From contig MU053629.1 of NCBI GenBank assembly GCA_013239625.1, positions 282,676 through 346,675 on the forward strand: a DNA stretch of 64,000 bases, in the 5' to 3' direction. Source of the DNA: Lama guanicoe. Lineage: Eukaryota. Position numbers and translations under genes: made by a program. This document shows positions 50,445 through 64,000 of this stretch, one piece after another. Each line of letters starts with the position of its first letter. The first letter of the stretch is position 1. The notes beneath the pieces are model-generated. The model ran no database searches. It was given only the letters and a program-made list of their open reading frames with translations, and was not told the DNA's origin.

Positions 50445-50637
50445 GGGGGGAAGGTATAGCTCAGTGATACAGCACATGCTTAGTATACACAAGGTCCAAG
50501 GTTCAATCCCCAGTAACTCCATTAAAAAATAAAAATAAATAAACCTAATTACCTCCTGCCCCCCCTCAAAAAAACCTCCAAAATGAAAAACTCGGTGATT
50601 TAAATAAATTAATAAATAAATGAAATCTTAAAAAGAA
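50445..50637 (+). mobile_element. vic-1-like SINE (long form)
   Basis: TSD aagaatttag (50434-50443, 50638-50647). Confidence 0.9.
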
Positions 50638-50724
50638 AAGAATTTAGGAACTCTTGGAAGAGTCCTCTGCCAAGATTAACATCATTCTTAAACAAAAATG
50701 AAACTTACCTGATGGCCTCTCTGT

Positions 50725-50866
50725 TGGTTCTTAACTTTTAGGGGTCATACATCCCTTTGAGAATCTGATGAAAGCTATAGACCCCTTCTTTGGAAAATAC
50801 ACGTATGTTGATAAATTAATCTATATTCCAAAGCCGTCCATGGAGCCCAGCCAGGCTAAAAACTCT
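50725..50866. mobile_element. hAT-Charlie MITE fragment
   Basis: ggttcttaac...ggggtcatacatccctttgagaatctgatgaaagctatagacc. Confidence 0.6.
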
Positions 50867-51834
50867 TAAAAATAACAGAGGAATGCATGAGTTCTCTTTG
50901 GCAACTTCTCTCCCATAGGAGCCCTAAACCAGAGAGAGAGAGAAATTCTGGAATCTACTATCTGCTTTTTGTGCCATGTCCCTTCTTACTCAATTGCTCT
51001 AGATTAGAAATCACCTAGGTAAACTGATAGTCATAGTCGTTATTTATGGAGGGTGGAATGTCTTGGGTCCTTTCACATTCTTCATGATGTATTTCTGCAA
51101 TGTTTAAATATTTCCCTATAACCATGTGTCACTTTTGTCATCGAAAATGAAATGAAAGATTTTTTAAGGAATAAAACAAAAATTTGCATTACAGATTTAC
51201 TAAAAAATGTGCAAAGTTATGTACATACAGGGCTATTCATCACTACATTGCTTATAATCCTCCCAAATGGCTTCAGGAAAAAAGAGGCTAAATAAACTAT
51301 GTGCCTCCTTCGATGCATTGCTGTGTGGCTACTAAAAAACCTGCAAGGTAGCTCTACGTGAGGCTCTCTCAAACCTCAAGATCTACCATTTGGAGAATAA
51401 ACCAAGATACTGAATGGTATGGAGGGAGCTACAGCTTGGTGGAGAAATGAAGGAGGCAAGAAAATAGAATATTGGTTGGTGCATCTATTACCTCCAGGAG
51501 GATCAGAAAAACCTGTGGCAGTTACTTGTCTCTGGCAAGTCAGAGAGGAAGGAGAGACTTACTTTCACTCCATGCCCTTTCCTATTTTTGAATTGTATTT
51601 CATTTATGGATCACCCATTCGATAAATAAATACAATTTTTAAAAAGTAAAGGACCTTAAAGGTCATGGAGAAACGCCATCATCTGAGAGGTTTCTTCTCA
51701 CCATAGGACTTTGCACTGTCTGTCTTTCTTCCTGGAGCCACCTTCTCTACCCGCGCTCACCCTTTGGATCTCAGCTCAGTTGAGAGTTCCTCGTCAGTCT
51801 TCCCTGGCCTTCCCAACAAAGTTGAGCACTCTTT

Positions 51835-52332
51835 AAAAAAAATTTTTTTTTAATTAAAGTATATTTGATTTACAATGTTATGTTAGTTTCTGGTGTACAA
51901 CAAAGTGATTCAGTTATACTTACATATATTCTTCTTCATTATGATTTATTACAAGACATTGAACATAGTTCCCTGTGCTGTACAGTAGGACCTTGTTTAT
52001 CTATTTTATATATAGTAGTTTGTATCTGCTAGTCTAAATTCCTGATTTATCCCTCCCCCTACTTTCCCCTTTAGTGACCATAAACTTATTTTCTATGTCT
52101 GTGAGTCTGTTTCTGTTTTATAAAATAAGTTCGTTTGTGTCATATCTTAGATTCCACATATAAGTGATGTTGTACAATATTTGTCTTTCTCTTTCTGACT
52201 TACTTCACTTAGTATGACAATCTCTGTGTCCATCCATGTTGCTGCAAATGGCATTATTTCATTCTTTTTTATGATTATTATTCCATTGTGTATATGTACC
52301 ATATCTTCCTTATCCAGTCATCTGTCAATGAA
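51835..52332 (-). mobile_element. L1 3' fragment
   Basis: TSD agcactcttt (51825-51834, 52333-52342). Confidence 0.9.
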
Positions 52333-52614
52333 AGCACTCTTTTTATCTGTTCTTGTAATGCCATATGCCTTTCCATCCAAACACTTTTCCCAGTGGCAGT
52401 TCTACATGTATTTTTGTGATTATTCAATTCATAGTTGTCTTTTCCCACTAGGCACAAGTTCCTTTAGAAACGGGTCTTTGAATTTGCTCACCAGTATATG
52501 CATTAAATTGGGGATAGTAGGGTACCTGGTGTACTGGTACACAACAGGATAAATAGTGAATGAGTACCGCCACCACCCCTACATTTCTGCCGGCAGGTCA
52601 TCAGGGCTGTTCTT

Positions 52615-53301
52615 TTTTTTTTTTTTAACATATTTTTATTGAAGTATAGTCAGTTTCCAATGTTGTATCAATTTCTGGTGTACAGCAGAATACTTCAGTC
52701 ATACAGGAATATACATATATTCATTTTCATATTCTTTTTAACCATAAGTTACTACAAGATACTGAATATAATTCCCTTGTTGTTTATCTGTTTTATATAT
52801 AGTAGTTAGTGTCTACAAATCTCAAACTCCCAATTTATCTCCTCCCATCCCTTTTCCCCCCTGGTAACCATAAGTTTGTTTTCTGTGTCTATGAGTCTGT
52901 TTCTGTTTTGTAAGTAAGTTTATCTTTTTTTTTAGATTGCACATGTGAGTAATATCATATGGTATGGTTCTTTCTCTTTCTGGATTACTTCACTTAGAAT
53001 GACATTCTCCAGGTCCATCCATGTTGCTGCAAATGGCATTATTTTATTATTTTTTATGGCTGAGTAGTATTCCAATGTATAAATATACCACATCTTCTTT
53101 ATCCAGTCATCTATTGATGGACATTTAGATTGTTTCCATGTCTTGGCTATTGAAAATACTGCTGCTGTGAACACTGGGATGCATGTATCTTTTTGAATTA
53201 ATGTTCCCTTTGGGTATATGCCCAGGAGTGGGACTGCTGGATCATATGGTAAGTCTATTTTTAGTCTTTAGAGGAATCTCCATACTGTTTTCCATAATGG
53301 C
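52615..53301 (-). mobile_element. L1 3' fragment with poly(T) on + strand
   Basis: TSD tcatcagggctgttctt/tcatccggtctgttctt (52598-52614, 53302-53318); ORF2 end remnant 52932-53174. Confidence 0.92.
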
Positions 53302-55783
53302 TCATCCGGTCTGTTCTTAAACACTCAAGAAGCTGGACCTCACAATTTCTTCAAGCTGTCCATTATATCTTTAGATACCTCTCACTGTTAAAAATTTCAA
53401 CTTGATATTGTCATACTGGACTAAAATGAGCTTCCACCCATTGGATATAATTCCATCCTTAGTAACAAATAGAACAGGACTAATCCCTCTTCTGTATGAT
53501 GACTTTTCAAGAATGTGAGCATTTAGGGTCTTCGTTTTACCTAGCTACTCATCTTTTTTCAGCGTTACCAGCTATGATCTCCTTGAGGGCAGGAAGGGTA
53601 TCATTCATCTCTGTATATCTCAGGGCTTGTCTTCATGTATGTTACTTAAATAGAATCAGTTTTTGTATATGGCATCTATTTCTCACTTCTGAACATGCTC
53701 CACTTTGCCTGTGTACCTCTCACTGCACTAGCCAAAATTCTGAACAGATACCATACGTTTGATCTTCCCAATGCACTTCCCTCCTTCCATTGTTCATACC
53801 TCTAAGTGATGAGAACTAGGATCCCATGAACTCTGCGGGCAGCCACTGATGACACATGATGAGTCTTGTTTTTGTTGGTTTCCTTTTTTTCGTTTTGCAG
53901 CATTTCTGTCTCTACTCTAGAGCATTACTGTATATATGTCCTTATTTATTAAAATACTGCCCTCAACTGCTAATACTACAATGTTGCTTTGTTTCTCAGA
54001 CCTTCCAAAGCCAGACCAGCAGCTTCATGAAATACCATGAGTTCCATACCAAGAAGGATAACTCTGTTTAAAAATAGATCCACTTGGTGTGGTAAATACT
54101 GCCCGAGGCAGACCTACACTGTTGCCCTCGACACCACCTTCACCCAGTGTCTTCAGAGAGGAGAGAGAGGCTGTTGGAGCTTCAAGTGAGAATTTTTTAA
54201 AAGGCCAGCCTCTTTAATCATCAACTCTGATGCTCAAAACTGTCATTAGGTCCATTCTCAAGGGCTCTCAAAATGCTGAAGGTAAGCTCTTAGCACTAGA
54301 TAACTCCTGGGTAAATGCGAGTGTGGGCACATCATTGCTAAAGTGCACAGTGCTTGGCAGAGGGCCATAAGGCCCTCTCGTCAAGCAAAGCAGCTTCTTA
54401 GTCTTTTAGCCAAGATCACGAGGAGAACCAGCCCATCTCCAACATCGTCATAATTCCTCTGTGGGGAACACGTCCTGACCTGGTAACGGGATGGACACAG
54501 TGATTTAGTTTCTTTTTCTCATGTTCAGCTTTCATGAGCTATGTGACAAATGGGTAAAGGATCAGAGCATGCTGAGAACTAATGAACCAGGGGGAGAAAT
54601 TCACTTAATGACTTAAGTGTGCTTTGTCTAATGTGAAATATAGGTCAACTCACTGTAAATTTATTCATGGCGATTATTTGTCCTTAGCCTGATTACATGG
54701 CACATGTTGTGAGACTTCAGCCCTGTGTAAAGCAGAACAGACCCTCTCCATCCTTCTCCATCCCGTGCCATCCTCATCCTACCCTCCACCCCTCCACACA
54801 CACACACATGCTGGCAGGAATCTAGCAACATCCATCAATGCTTGTCTCAATTGAAAAACTGCATTTCAGACTATTCAAAAAATTGATTTGGAACTCTTTA
54901 TTACATTTTTGGAGACACTTGGAATAATCTAAAAGCTGAACACCTACATAGAAATTCAGATCTATTGCTGAGTTAGCATCCAAAACAAAGATGAGGCAAA
55001 AAGAAGAGTATTTCATCATTCCATGGGTCCAGCCGAGTATGTGTCACTAGAGAGACAAATATTTCAAATGCAGCAATCAGGGAATAATTTTATGATATTT
55101 GGCTAGCAACTCGTCAATTCTGATTTCTGAAAGCTGAGACAACAATTTTATGGGGCTCATTATCACCATCATTATTGTTATTTTATAAAATGAAAATTAG
55201 TGACAGGCCAGATTGTATGAGTGCCCGTTTAACTTCATTACCTCTTAGAATCAAAAAGAATTTTCAGTTGCTGGTCCTAAAAGACAAGCCAGTAAAGCAG
55301 TTTGAAGATTTGGACAAAAATTTAAGGAAAAATGTTCACTTGTTCAAAACAGGTGCCCACAACTTCCAAATTTTCAGAGGAAGGGATATGTGGGGGCCTA
55401 GTTCATGTTAGTAAGATTTGTAATTTGGTGCAGCAATGTGAAAAACCTGTGGTTGTCAAAAATCACCTTTCTGACTTGAAAAAGAGGAAAGTGGAATTTA
55501 AACTTCTTTTTCTTTTCTAATTTAAGCTTTAGGGTTAATTTGAGAAAGAAGATGTAAGGAAATACAAAGAAAGATTAATTTGACATTGAGCACTTAGCAA
55601 GATAAAGCCAAAAATTCCATACTTTCCCCCTAACCAATTTCATCTGTAAGACAGCAATGTGGCCTTTTAATGATTCTGTAAATTCCAATGAATTTTATAG
55701 AAAAGAAAAGAACATCACTTTTTGTTTGTTGTTGTTGTTGTTGTTGTTGTCTCTCTAGTATAAGAACAAAATTGTTAACTTAG

Positions 55784-56585
55784 ATCTTTAAAAAGTCCAC
55801 AAATGATAAATGCTGGAGAAGATGTGGAGAAATATTCTTATACTGTTGGTGGGAATGTAATTTGGTGCAGCCTCTATGGAAAACAGTATGGAAATTCCTT
55901 AAAAAACTAAAAATAGACTTACCATAAGATCCAGCAATCCCACTCCTGGGCATATATCCAGAGGAAGCTCTAGTTTGAAAAGATACATGCACCCCATCGT
56001 TCAGAGTAGCACTATTTATAAAAGCTAAGATACAGAAACAACCGAAATGTCCATCAACAGATGACTGGATAAAGAAGTTGTGAGATTATAGATAGATGAA
56101 TAGATAGATAGATAGATATCGATATACACACAATGGAATACCACTCAGCCATAAAAAAGGATGAAATAATGGATGGACATGGAGATTGTCAAACTAAGTG
56201 AAGTAAGTCAGAAAGAGAAAGAAAAATACCATACAATGTCACTTATATGTGCAATCTAAACAAAAAAAAATGACCCAAATGAACTTATTTATAAAACAGA
56301 AACAGACTCACAGATATAGAAAACAAACTTATGGTTACTGGGTGGGAAGGGATAAATTGAGAGCTCAATATTTGCAGTTACTAACTGCTATATATAAAAT
56401 AGATAAACAGGTTTCTACTGTATAGCACAGGGAACTATATTTAATATCTTACAGTAACTTATAATGAAAAAGAATATGAAAAGGAATATATGTATGTATA
56501 TGTATGACTAAAACATTATGCTGTACACCAGACATAACATTGTAAACTGACTATACTTTGGTTTTTTAAAAAAGGGAAAAAAACC
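55784..56585 (+). mobile_element. L1 3' fragment containing a (GATA)n tract near 56089-56118
   Basis: TSD tgttaacttag (55773-55783, 56586-56596). Confidence 0.92.
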
Positions 56586-57183
56586 TGTTAACTTAGGTTA
56601 AATACTCTCTCCTTATCTCCCCTGTGGAGCATTTGTATAAAATGAAGGATCCTAGAACAATCTCCAAAGTAACTTTTTAAGTCTCATAAAAAGGTGGTAT
56701 TAAATTGCATTGTTCCTGGAAGACCTGGCGTTGGAATATATGTAATAATAATGCCCTGTATTTGTTTGAAACTTTAGAGTTTATAGCATACTTTCACATG
56801 TACTATTTTATCTGATTCTCATATTGTCCTGTGATTCTTAGCAGAGCTTTATCTTTTATTGGGACTTGGGGTAGGTTGGGTTCTGTAGTCATCAGGAAGG
56901 GTCAAATCACATCTATTTAACATCTCCTGACCACACAGGACTAAACACATGGTGTGATGGCTATGTAAATAAGTTAGCTTGCCTTCAGAAACCTGGATAC
57001 ACCAAAACCCTCCATAACTTTAAGCCCAATGAGGGGCACTAAGACCAGAGACTGACTGGGGGTCCCATATCTCCCACTCACTACTCAATCGAGGACACTG
57101 GCTCATTAAGACGAATGGCCAGTGGAGTTGCCCATCTTATTTAATTCTTATTCTCTCCCTCTCTGTTTTGCCAAGTGTTTAGT

Positions 57184-57695
57184 TGCAACAGTCAGAGTCT
57201 CAGCAGGAAAACAGAAACCACTCTAGGTATTCAAATAGAGGGGTTTTAATATAGAGAACTGGTTACACAGATGATAGAAATGCTCAGAAGAGAGTGGAGA
57301 AGTCAGACAAAAGACAGTGAAGCTACCAACAGGTTCCCGATTTCTGGAAGCCTGTACCATCTCTTGAATGGAGGGAAACAGGAAGAGGAGATGTTATTAG
57401 GACCGAGGGGCTGGGATCACTGGGGTTAAACTGGAACGAGGTGGGCTAGGTCAGCAGGAAGTGGAGCCATAAAGGAGATGCCACCCGAGAAGAGAAGGAG
57501 AGGGAGAAATACCCTAAAGTGTCCGCCTTCCTGCCCACCAGTCTCCCACTAGCACCTCTCATTGCTGGAACAGAGCTGCAAGCCGGTGGACAAGGGAGCC
57601 CATCAGATGCAGCCTGCAGGGGTCAGTCCCCTTACACAGCGCAGGTAAAGAGTGAGGGATGGCACTGAGGACAAATAGAACCAGGGCTCGCATAA
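57184..57695. mobile_element. ERVL-type LTR (LTR33/41/50 group)
   Basis: cagtcagagtctcagcaggaaaacagaaaccactctaggtattcaa...gatgcagcctgcaggggtcagtcc. Confidence 0.6.
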
Positions 57696-58564
57696 TAACT
57701 AAACTTCTCTTGGTGCCAGTGGTAGCCTTGAGTTCCTGTGTGTTAAATGTGCATATGATGGGACATCACCGTGCATATTACGACTTCCAATTTACAGATG
57801 AGGAAGCTAAGAATCAGGTTAAATAATTTGCCCAGATTTACAAAGTTAAAAAGTGTTGGAGCCAGGTCTTCTGATTCTCATGTCTACTGCTTTGGCCATT
57901 GTCCCTGGTTCCTTCCATAAGAAAATGTTGGAGAAAGGCTGGGATTATCTGAGGTTTTAAAAACATTCATAGACGCTTAGAATGAAACTAGTCCAGGGCA
58001 TTTCATGTTATGGACCCTAGAGCTCTGAGGCCCACAGAACACCCCTAGACAGAGTCAACAGAATCCCAAACTTAACCCCTCACTGCAAACTTTGTGGAAA
58101 TATAGTCTTTTATGCATTGAGATTCTACTAAGATTTTACTTGAAGAAAAAGATTCTGCTAAAAGAGTCAAATAAAACTGTTCTAGCCTGTCTCCCTCAAA
58201 TGAAGTCACTAAGGCTCCAAGAGGGTCTAGCTGACAGCAGACTGCAAGCCAGACTTATACCCAGGTGTTCTGGCTTGTCACTTGGAGCTGTTGCCAGTGA
58301 ACCATGCTGCGTGTGTCTTGACCAGCTAAGCGAAAGCGACAGTGAGGCAGGGGAAAGATGGAGAAGTCAAAGGGAAAGGCAGGCAAAAGCCAGAGACCGC
58401 ACAGAGAAAGACGACTTAAGAAAAACCAGAGAATGAAATCCGTGTTCTCTTGAGGATGCTGCTTGAAGGCTTTAATGCCATTGTGACTCTGTGCTTGGGG
58501 CAAAAACAAGGATAATTCTGTTGGAAATCTGATCCATTCAAGGAGGGGCTCAGCAAAATCAAGG

Positions 58565-59005
58565 AGAATAGCTGAAACGTGGAAACAATTCAAATGTCCA
58601 TCAGCTGGTGAACGGATAACGCGTGGAGCATCCAAATAATGGCGTACTTACTATTCAGCAGTAAAGGTGCAGATGCCTGCTTCAACAGGAACCCACCGCA
58701 AAAACGTTACCCCAGGTGGAAGAAGCCAGACACAAACGACCACACGCTGGTGATTCCATTTATATGAAATGTCCCAAATAGGCACATCTATCAAGATGGA
58801 AAATAGATTAGTGGTTGCCTGGGGCTGGGCGTGTGAACAGTTAATGACTGCAGAAGGGCATGAGGTTTCTTTCAGGGGTGATGGGGAAGGTTCTCAGACT
58901 AGATTGTGGTGATGGTTGCACAACTCTATGCTAAACAGTTACTGAATGGTACACTTAAAATGAGTGGATTTTAGGGTGTGGTAATTTTACTTCAGTAAGC
59001 TGTTT
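58565..59005 (+). mobile_element. Old L1MB/ME-like 3' end
   Basis: caaatgtccatcagctggtgaacggata...gattccatttatatgaaatgtcc...gattgtggtgatggttgcacaactct. Confidence 0.85.
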
Positions 59006-59952
59006 TTTTTTTTTAAAAACAAACAAGAGAACTTAAGGGCTGACTCCAGCCTATGGTTTTGAGGGAACAAAAACTAACCCCCAAAAACACTCCTGAGGGA
59101 AAACAATCTTGCAGCATCATCTCAGGTGGGTGAGGTGCAGCCCTTCTCCCATTCCTGGGTTGGGTCACAGGACACCATCCATTACTTCCGGCCCAGTAAC
59201 AGGTCTGTCCCGTAGTGCAATCCTGCCCTGACATTGCCCGGCACTTGCATTTCCTGGGTTTACAGGTTATGAAAGCTACACAGCTGAAGATTTGAGATGA
59301 ATGTGATATGAGCATAAAACAATTTCTCACATGACTTCTCTGCACTTGGCACCCTCCCCCAATAAGTACCTGCTTCTAATCTGTATTCCTCTCTAGGCTG
59401 TAAACTCCGTGAGAGTAAGGATGGAAACCAGCCTTTTCACTGTTTCCTCCCAGCGCGCCACACAGGTCTGGCTCATGGTCCATTCTAAATGACTACTTGT
59501 TGAAAAAAATTAAAAAATTATCAGCAACCCTCTAAAAAAAGTCGAGACACAGATTCAACAGCCATGGATTAATCCAACAACCATGTATCGGGAACATACT
59601 AATTACATTCTCATACATCATTGTATTTGATCCTTACAACATCCCTGTTAGGTAGATGTTATAATTCCATTTTCCAGTTGAGAAGCTAAAGCTCAGAAAG
59701 GTTGAGTGATTGGTTCAAGGAGGCAAAGAGGGTTTTCAAACCGAGGTTTCCTGATACTAAGTCCCGGGCACTTTTATGACCCCTGAGTTTCATAAGGGCA
59801 GAATTGGGCTCCTGTTTTACCACCATATTTTGCTTTGGCTCTCTCTGATGATTTGTATCAGACGTACACAAAAGGACTATGTGTTTAAAGTTCAGTACTT
59901 TTAATTAAAAATGTGCCCTTAACTGCTTAGTGATTTTGAAAATGCAGAGATA

Positions 59953-60040
59953 TTTATGCTGTACACTAGCAATTGACACAACACTGTAGACTGACTATAC
60001 TTCAATAAAAATAAACAAATAAAACTAATAAAATTTTTTT
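59953..60040 (+). mobile_element. Very short (~88 bp) L1 3' insertion
   Basis: TSD aaatgcagagata/aaatgcatagata (59940-59952, 60041-60053). Confidence 0.85.
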
Positions 60041-61384
60041 AAATGCATAGATAAATAGAATCAAATGGTGAAGTGTACCACAAAGGTCTCAGATGAGTAG
60101 TTATCAAATGAGAGACAGTTTTGGTATGTCAGAAATCTGTTCTAGGAATAGATTGCACGAAGAATGACTACAGGTAAAAGCCCAAGCTTTGCTTTGATGT
60201 CTCTAAACTTTTGTTAAATTATCCTGTGGAAAGAAAATAAACTACAATGGATACTTTATTGACCAACTGACCAGCTTTCAATAAAAGTATGTAATAAACC
60301 TTCCACTGACCTCAGACATGGGTGAAGACGTGCAGGCTTCCAAAGGGAGTTTTAATTGCTCTGCACATTGTTCCTTTTGATTCCCCCCCTTGCTGCATGG
60401 TCATCACCATGCTTATAAGAGGGAAGACGCCTTCTTTGGCTCTTTCCAGAGTTACCTGCTTACTCAACCAGTGCCTGGAACGTGTTTATAATCCTCTCTT
60501 ACTTTCCTTCCCACCACTTCTTTCTCCTTGTCTACTGATTTCCCACTAGAGCCTTCAAACGCTCTTTGATCTTTGGGTAAGCTATTCAGGAATAGTGGGA
60601 CCCTTTGACATTATTACCCTTACTCAATGTGGAAGGAGAAAAGCATTGTCAACCATGTATCCTAAGGGACGAGCAAGGCCAGGGTGCCATACATAGTGTC
60701 CAGGGCCACATCAGATTAGAATTCCGGTCTGGAGAGCTCTGGCCCAGCATTTCGTTTCCTCCCATGTTCTTTCTTAGCTAAAGTAAATAGTGTATTGAAA
60801 GCCTAGATGCCCAGGGTTGAGGAAAACTTACAAATACAGGTTCTGATCCATTTCAAATTATATTTCCAACATGATAATCTCTACCTTCTATGCCTCTAAT
60901 TAAAAAAAGACTCCAGGAAAATTGGTCTCACAACCAGTTAATCTTGAATCTCAAAACATTCAGGCAAATTTAGGAGAGTATCCAAACCCAGGTATACCAG
61001 ATACACTATTGCATTTTTATACATAAAACATATTTCTCTGGAGAACTGAATATTTTTCCTTTCCCTCTTTGCTGACAGCCTTTTGTCACAGAGGCAAAAA
61101 AAGAAAGAGGTAACTTTTCCTGACTTTCCTCTTTTTTTTTAAATTTAATATTCCCAGTAGCTTTCTAGTGTGACTGTTGGTAAAAGGTTAGAAAAAACAC
61201 TAAACCACCTAAGACTAAAAACTTGAAAGCATGAATCTGAGGAAAGCTGCCAAAGTCCCTCTGAGTCCCTGATGGTCCCTTCATGCCTCTCTGAACAGGC
61301 TCTTACTGCTTGTTGCCTGGCCCAGCACGAACCCCATGCAACAAAGGGGGCTTTCCCTTCTGACGCTTTTATTCCTAGTCTTCA

Positions 61385-61834
61385 TACTCTTCCCACACTG
61401 AATAGAGAAGTGTGGAAATGGTGGAGTGTGACTTCACAAGTCAGGTTATAAAAGGCATGTGGCTTCAGTCTTGCCCTCTTGGGCCCCCCAACTCTGAGGA
61501 AGCCAGCTGCCATGTTGTGAGGACCCTCACGCAGTCCTTTGGAGACGCCCACGTGGGAAGGACCCGAGGCCTCCTGCCAACAGCCAGCACTAACTTGCCC
61601 GGCAGGTGAATGAACCACCTTGGAAGCAGCTCCTTCAAGCACAGTCAAGCCCTGGGTGAGCCCCGCAGCTCTGGCCGACATCTTGGCTGTCACCTCATGA
61701 GAGGCCTTGAACCAGATCACACAGTTAAGCTGCTCCTGGATTCCTGACCTACAGGAACTGGGAGTTAATAAATATTTATAGTTTGATCCACCAAATCCGG
61801 GATAATTTGTTATCTAACAATAGATAACTAACAC
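61385..61834 (+). mobile_element. MaLR MLT1F/E-like LTR
   Basis: gaagccagctgccatgttgtgaggac...cctgccaacagccagcactaacttgcc...aatagataactaaca. Confidence 0.85.
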
Positions 61835-62513
61835 AGAGAGTCGCCTGAATATGTGGCTAATAATGACATAGGTATGATCAGAAGATTAACTGCTGGATGC
61901 CAGCCCGTGAGCTGATTCCCAGAGTAGGGAGTCGGGAGATTGGGGTGAGAGGGAAGATCGGTATATTTTACATTAACTGTTTTTTTTAAAAGAATGCAAG
62001 TCTGTTCTTTGATTTTAGGTCTTGTTGCTGTCTTTTCTGTCTCCTACTTTCTTTCCTTAAATAGGATGTAAGCTGGTATTAGGTGGGGGCACAGCCCACT
62101 TGATTTAAGGCTGCGGAGTTATCACTGGAGAAGCACTTGAGTGTAAATAAAGAACAGAGGCATTTGCTTTCTTTTTAACATAAGAAACAACATTCTAATT
62201 CCAGACTCTACAAGAAAATAAAGTCAGCTTCCTCATAAGGACCTTAGTGTCTTTAAAAATAATTCCAAATTACAACCCCAGTAAGAAATGAGATCCTGTC
62301 ATGGGATCCTCCAGGGTAAAACTAGTTACAGCCACAAACACACTCAGAGAGGAAATTAATAGCCAATTTTCCAGGAGGAAAGGTTAATTGTGGAGACTAT
62401 TTCAAGGATAAGTCTCGGGAATTATGATCTATTGGACAAAAGGAAAATGAAATTATAACCAAGAAGATAAAATATTTTGGAGTAGCTAATTTTAATTATA
62501 AAATAATAAAGTT

Positions 62514-62710
62514 CAGGGGTTCTCAAATTTTAGTGCACGAAAGAATCACTTGGAGGGGGAAGGCTTGTACCAAACTCAGATCCCAAGGCCTCGGCCCCAG
62601 AGATTCTGATTTAGTAGGTCTAGGATTAAACCCAGGATCTATGTTTTAATGAGCACAGTGAGCTGTTTCCACTGTCAAAAGTCTGCCAACCACACTTGAA
62701 GAAATACTGG
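62514..62710. mobile_element. MER5-like MITE
   Basis: caggggttctcaaa...agaatcacttgga...ccccagagattctgatttagtaggtct...cacacttgaagaaatactg. Confidence 0.75.
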
Positions 62711-64000
62711 ATTAATATACATAAGATACGTAATCAAATGTTGTATTGGTTACAATTATGGCTGGAAGGAAGTCCAGAAATATGACGCACAGTTTGGTTA
62801 GCAAAGAAGAGAATGAAATGCCACCCTGACAAGTGCCCATCAAACATTTCCGCCAGACATTTCAATTGCTGTGAACCATCCTACATACTGTCCATCTCCT
62901 AAAATATAACTGTCTGGTTTTTAGCAGTTCAAAGTCTAATCATTATACACTGGCAATCAGAGAGAGTGTTTTAAAATAATTACAATATAAAGGAGCACGG
63001 CAAATGTTTCCGTGGGTTTTGATGGAATACTACACTCTTACTGTGAAATAGCATTGGACTTGCAAATTCTAAAATAAAAAGGAAAGAATTTAAAATCCTG
63101 TTTTAGAAGAAAATTAACTTTGTAGGTAAATGTTTTAAATGGAAAGAGGATGTAGGATATTACCATAAAAATCTTGGCTGTTCGGTGTGTGATTGGCAGA
63201 GTCAGTTTTACTGTTTATTAGTAACACATGCAGTTTGGAGAAGAAAACCCTAAGGACATCTGGGTTCAGCCCAGCCTCCCCGCTCTCAGCATGGGCAATC
63301 AAGTATTTCCAGTCGTTTCCACAGGTGACACGCTGACAATTGGATTTATGGAGCAGTGACCCAATTCAGTCATTCAGAGAGTTTAAAAAAAAACAAAACA
63401 AAAACATGTCACAACACGAGCAAAAATAGGAAAATGACAGTATGTGGAATCCGCTCATGAGAAAAGGAAGAACTTTAGGACTGTGGGGGATTATAAGGGA
63501 CCCCAGGTCCAGAACCTTCATTTTTTAGGTAGGGAATGGAGTCAGGAACAGATGGAAGCTTGTCTTTGACCTCGTGATGTCCTCGTGGATCTCAGACCTC
63601 TCAGCTCCCAGCTCAGCGGACCGAGGTTTATTTGGCTCATAATGATGGAGTGCTCACCTGCCCCCAGGACGGCAGCCTCTGGGCACCATCACTGCCTCTG
63701 GGGGCAGGCCTGGCTGCCCTGCTGACAGCACGCTGCCTTGAGTAATTACTTTTAAAAAATCACTTCTGTTATTCATTTAACTTATTGGGATACCTTTGCT
63801 TTTTTAAAAAAATAACTTTCTATAAGTCTCAAAATAAAACACTGTACACTGTAATCATAATGGGTTTTTTTCTTGTAACCTGCTTTTATCATTTCTTCTA
63901 TCATGAGTGTTCCCAGTGCCTTAGGTCTAATGGCTCAACTGTTTTCCCAGATGGGACCCTGTCTATTTTGATCGACATGCCTTTAGCACCATGTCTGGCA

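Noticed and set aside
63935..64000. Possible acceptor ttttcccag|ATGGGACC exon
   Set aside because: Runs into tagcaccatgtctggca, an L2-like 3' end; no further support within the window

Overview
Mammalian nuclear DNA, most likely a camelid (alpaca/camel). The basis is seven monomers (at six sites) of a tRNA-derived SINE resembling the camelid vic-1 family, plus lineage-specific L1 3' ends. No credible protein-coding exon was found; the ORF track reflects GC-rich sequence, repeats and L1 ORF2 remnants. The window is mostly a mosaic of L1, SINE, LTR (ERV1/ERVL/MaLR), MIR/L2/CR1 and hAT fossils, with two CpG-rich islands (~2.0-2.9 kb and ~43.9-45.6 kb) and a 76-N gap. Most notable: (1) a retroposed 28S rRNA 3'-end copy with an A-rich tail (SINE28-like) forms the right edge of the second CpG island, keeps most of its CpGs, and carries a substitution that appears to create a CTCF motif; (2) a tail-less chimeric L1 (young 5' part, old 3' part) lies inside one 19-bp TSD; (3) a recognisable hAT transposase fossil sits beside nested insertions; (4) there is a candidate divergent promoter and a pair of candidate spliced non-coding exons. 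Repeat family names and rRNA comparisons come from recalled consensus sequences, not a database search; many boundaries are approximate.
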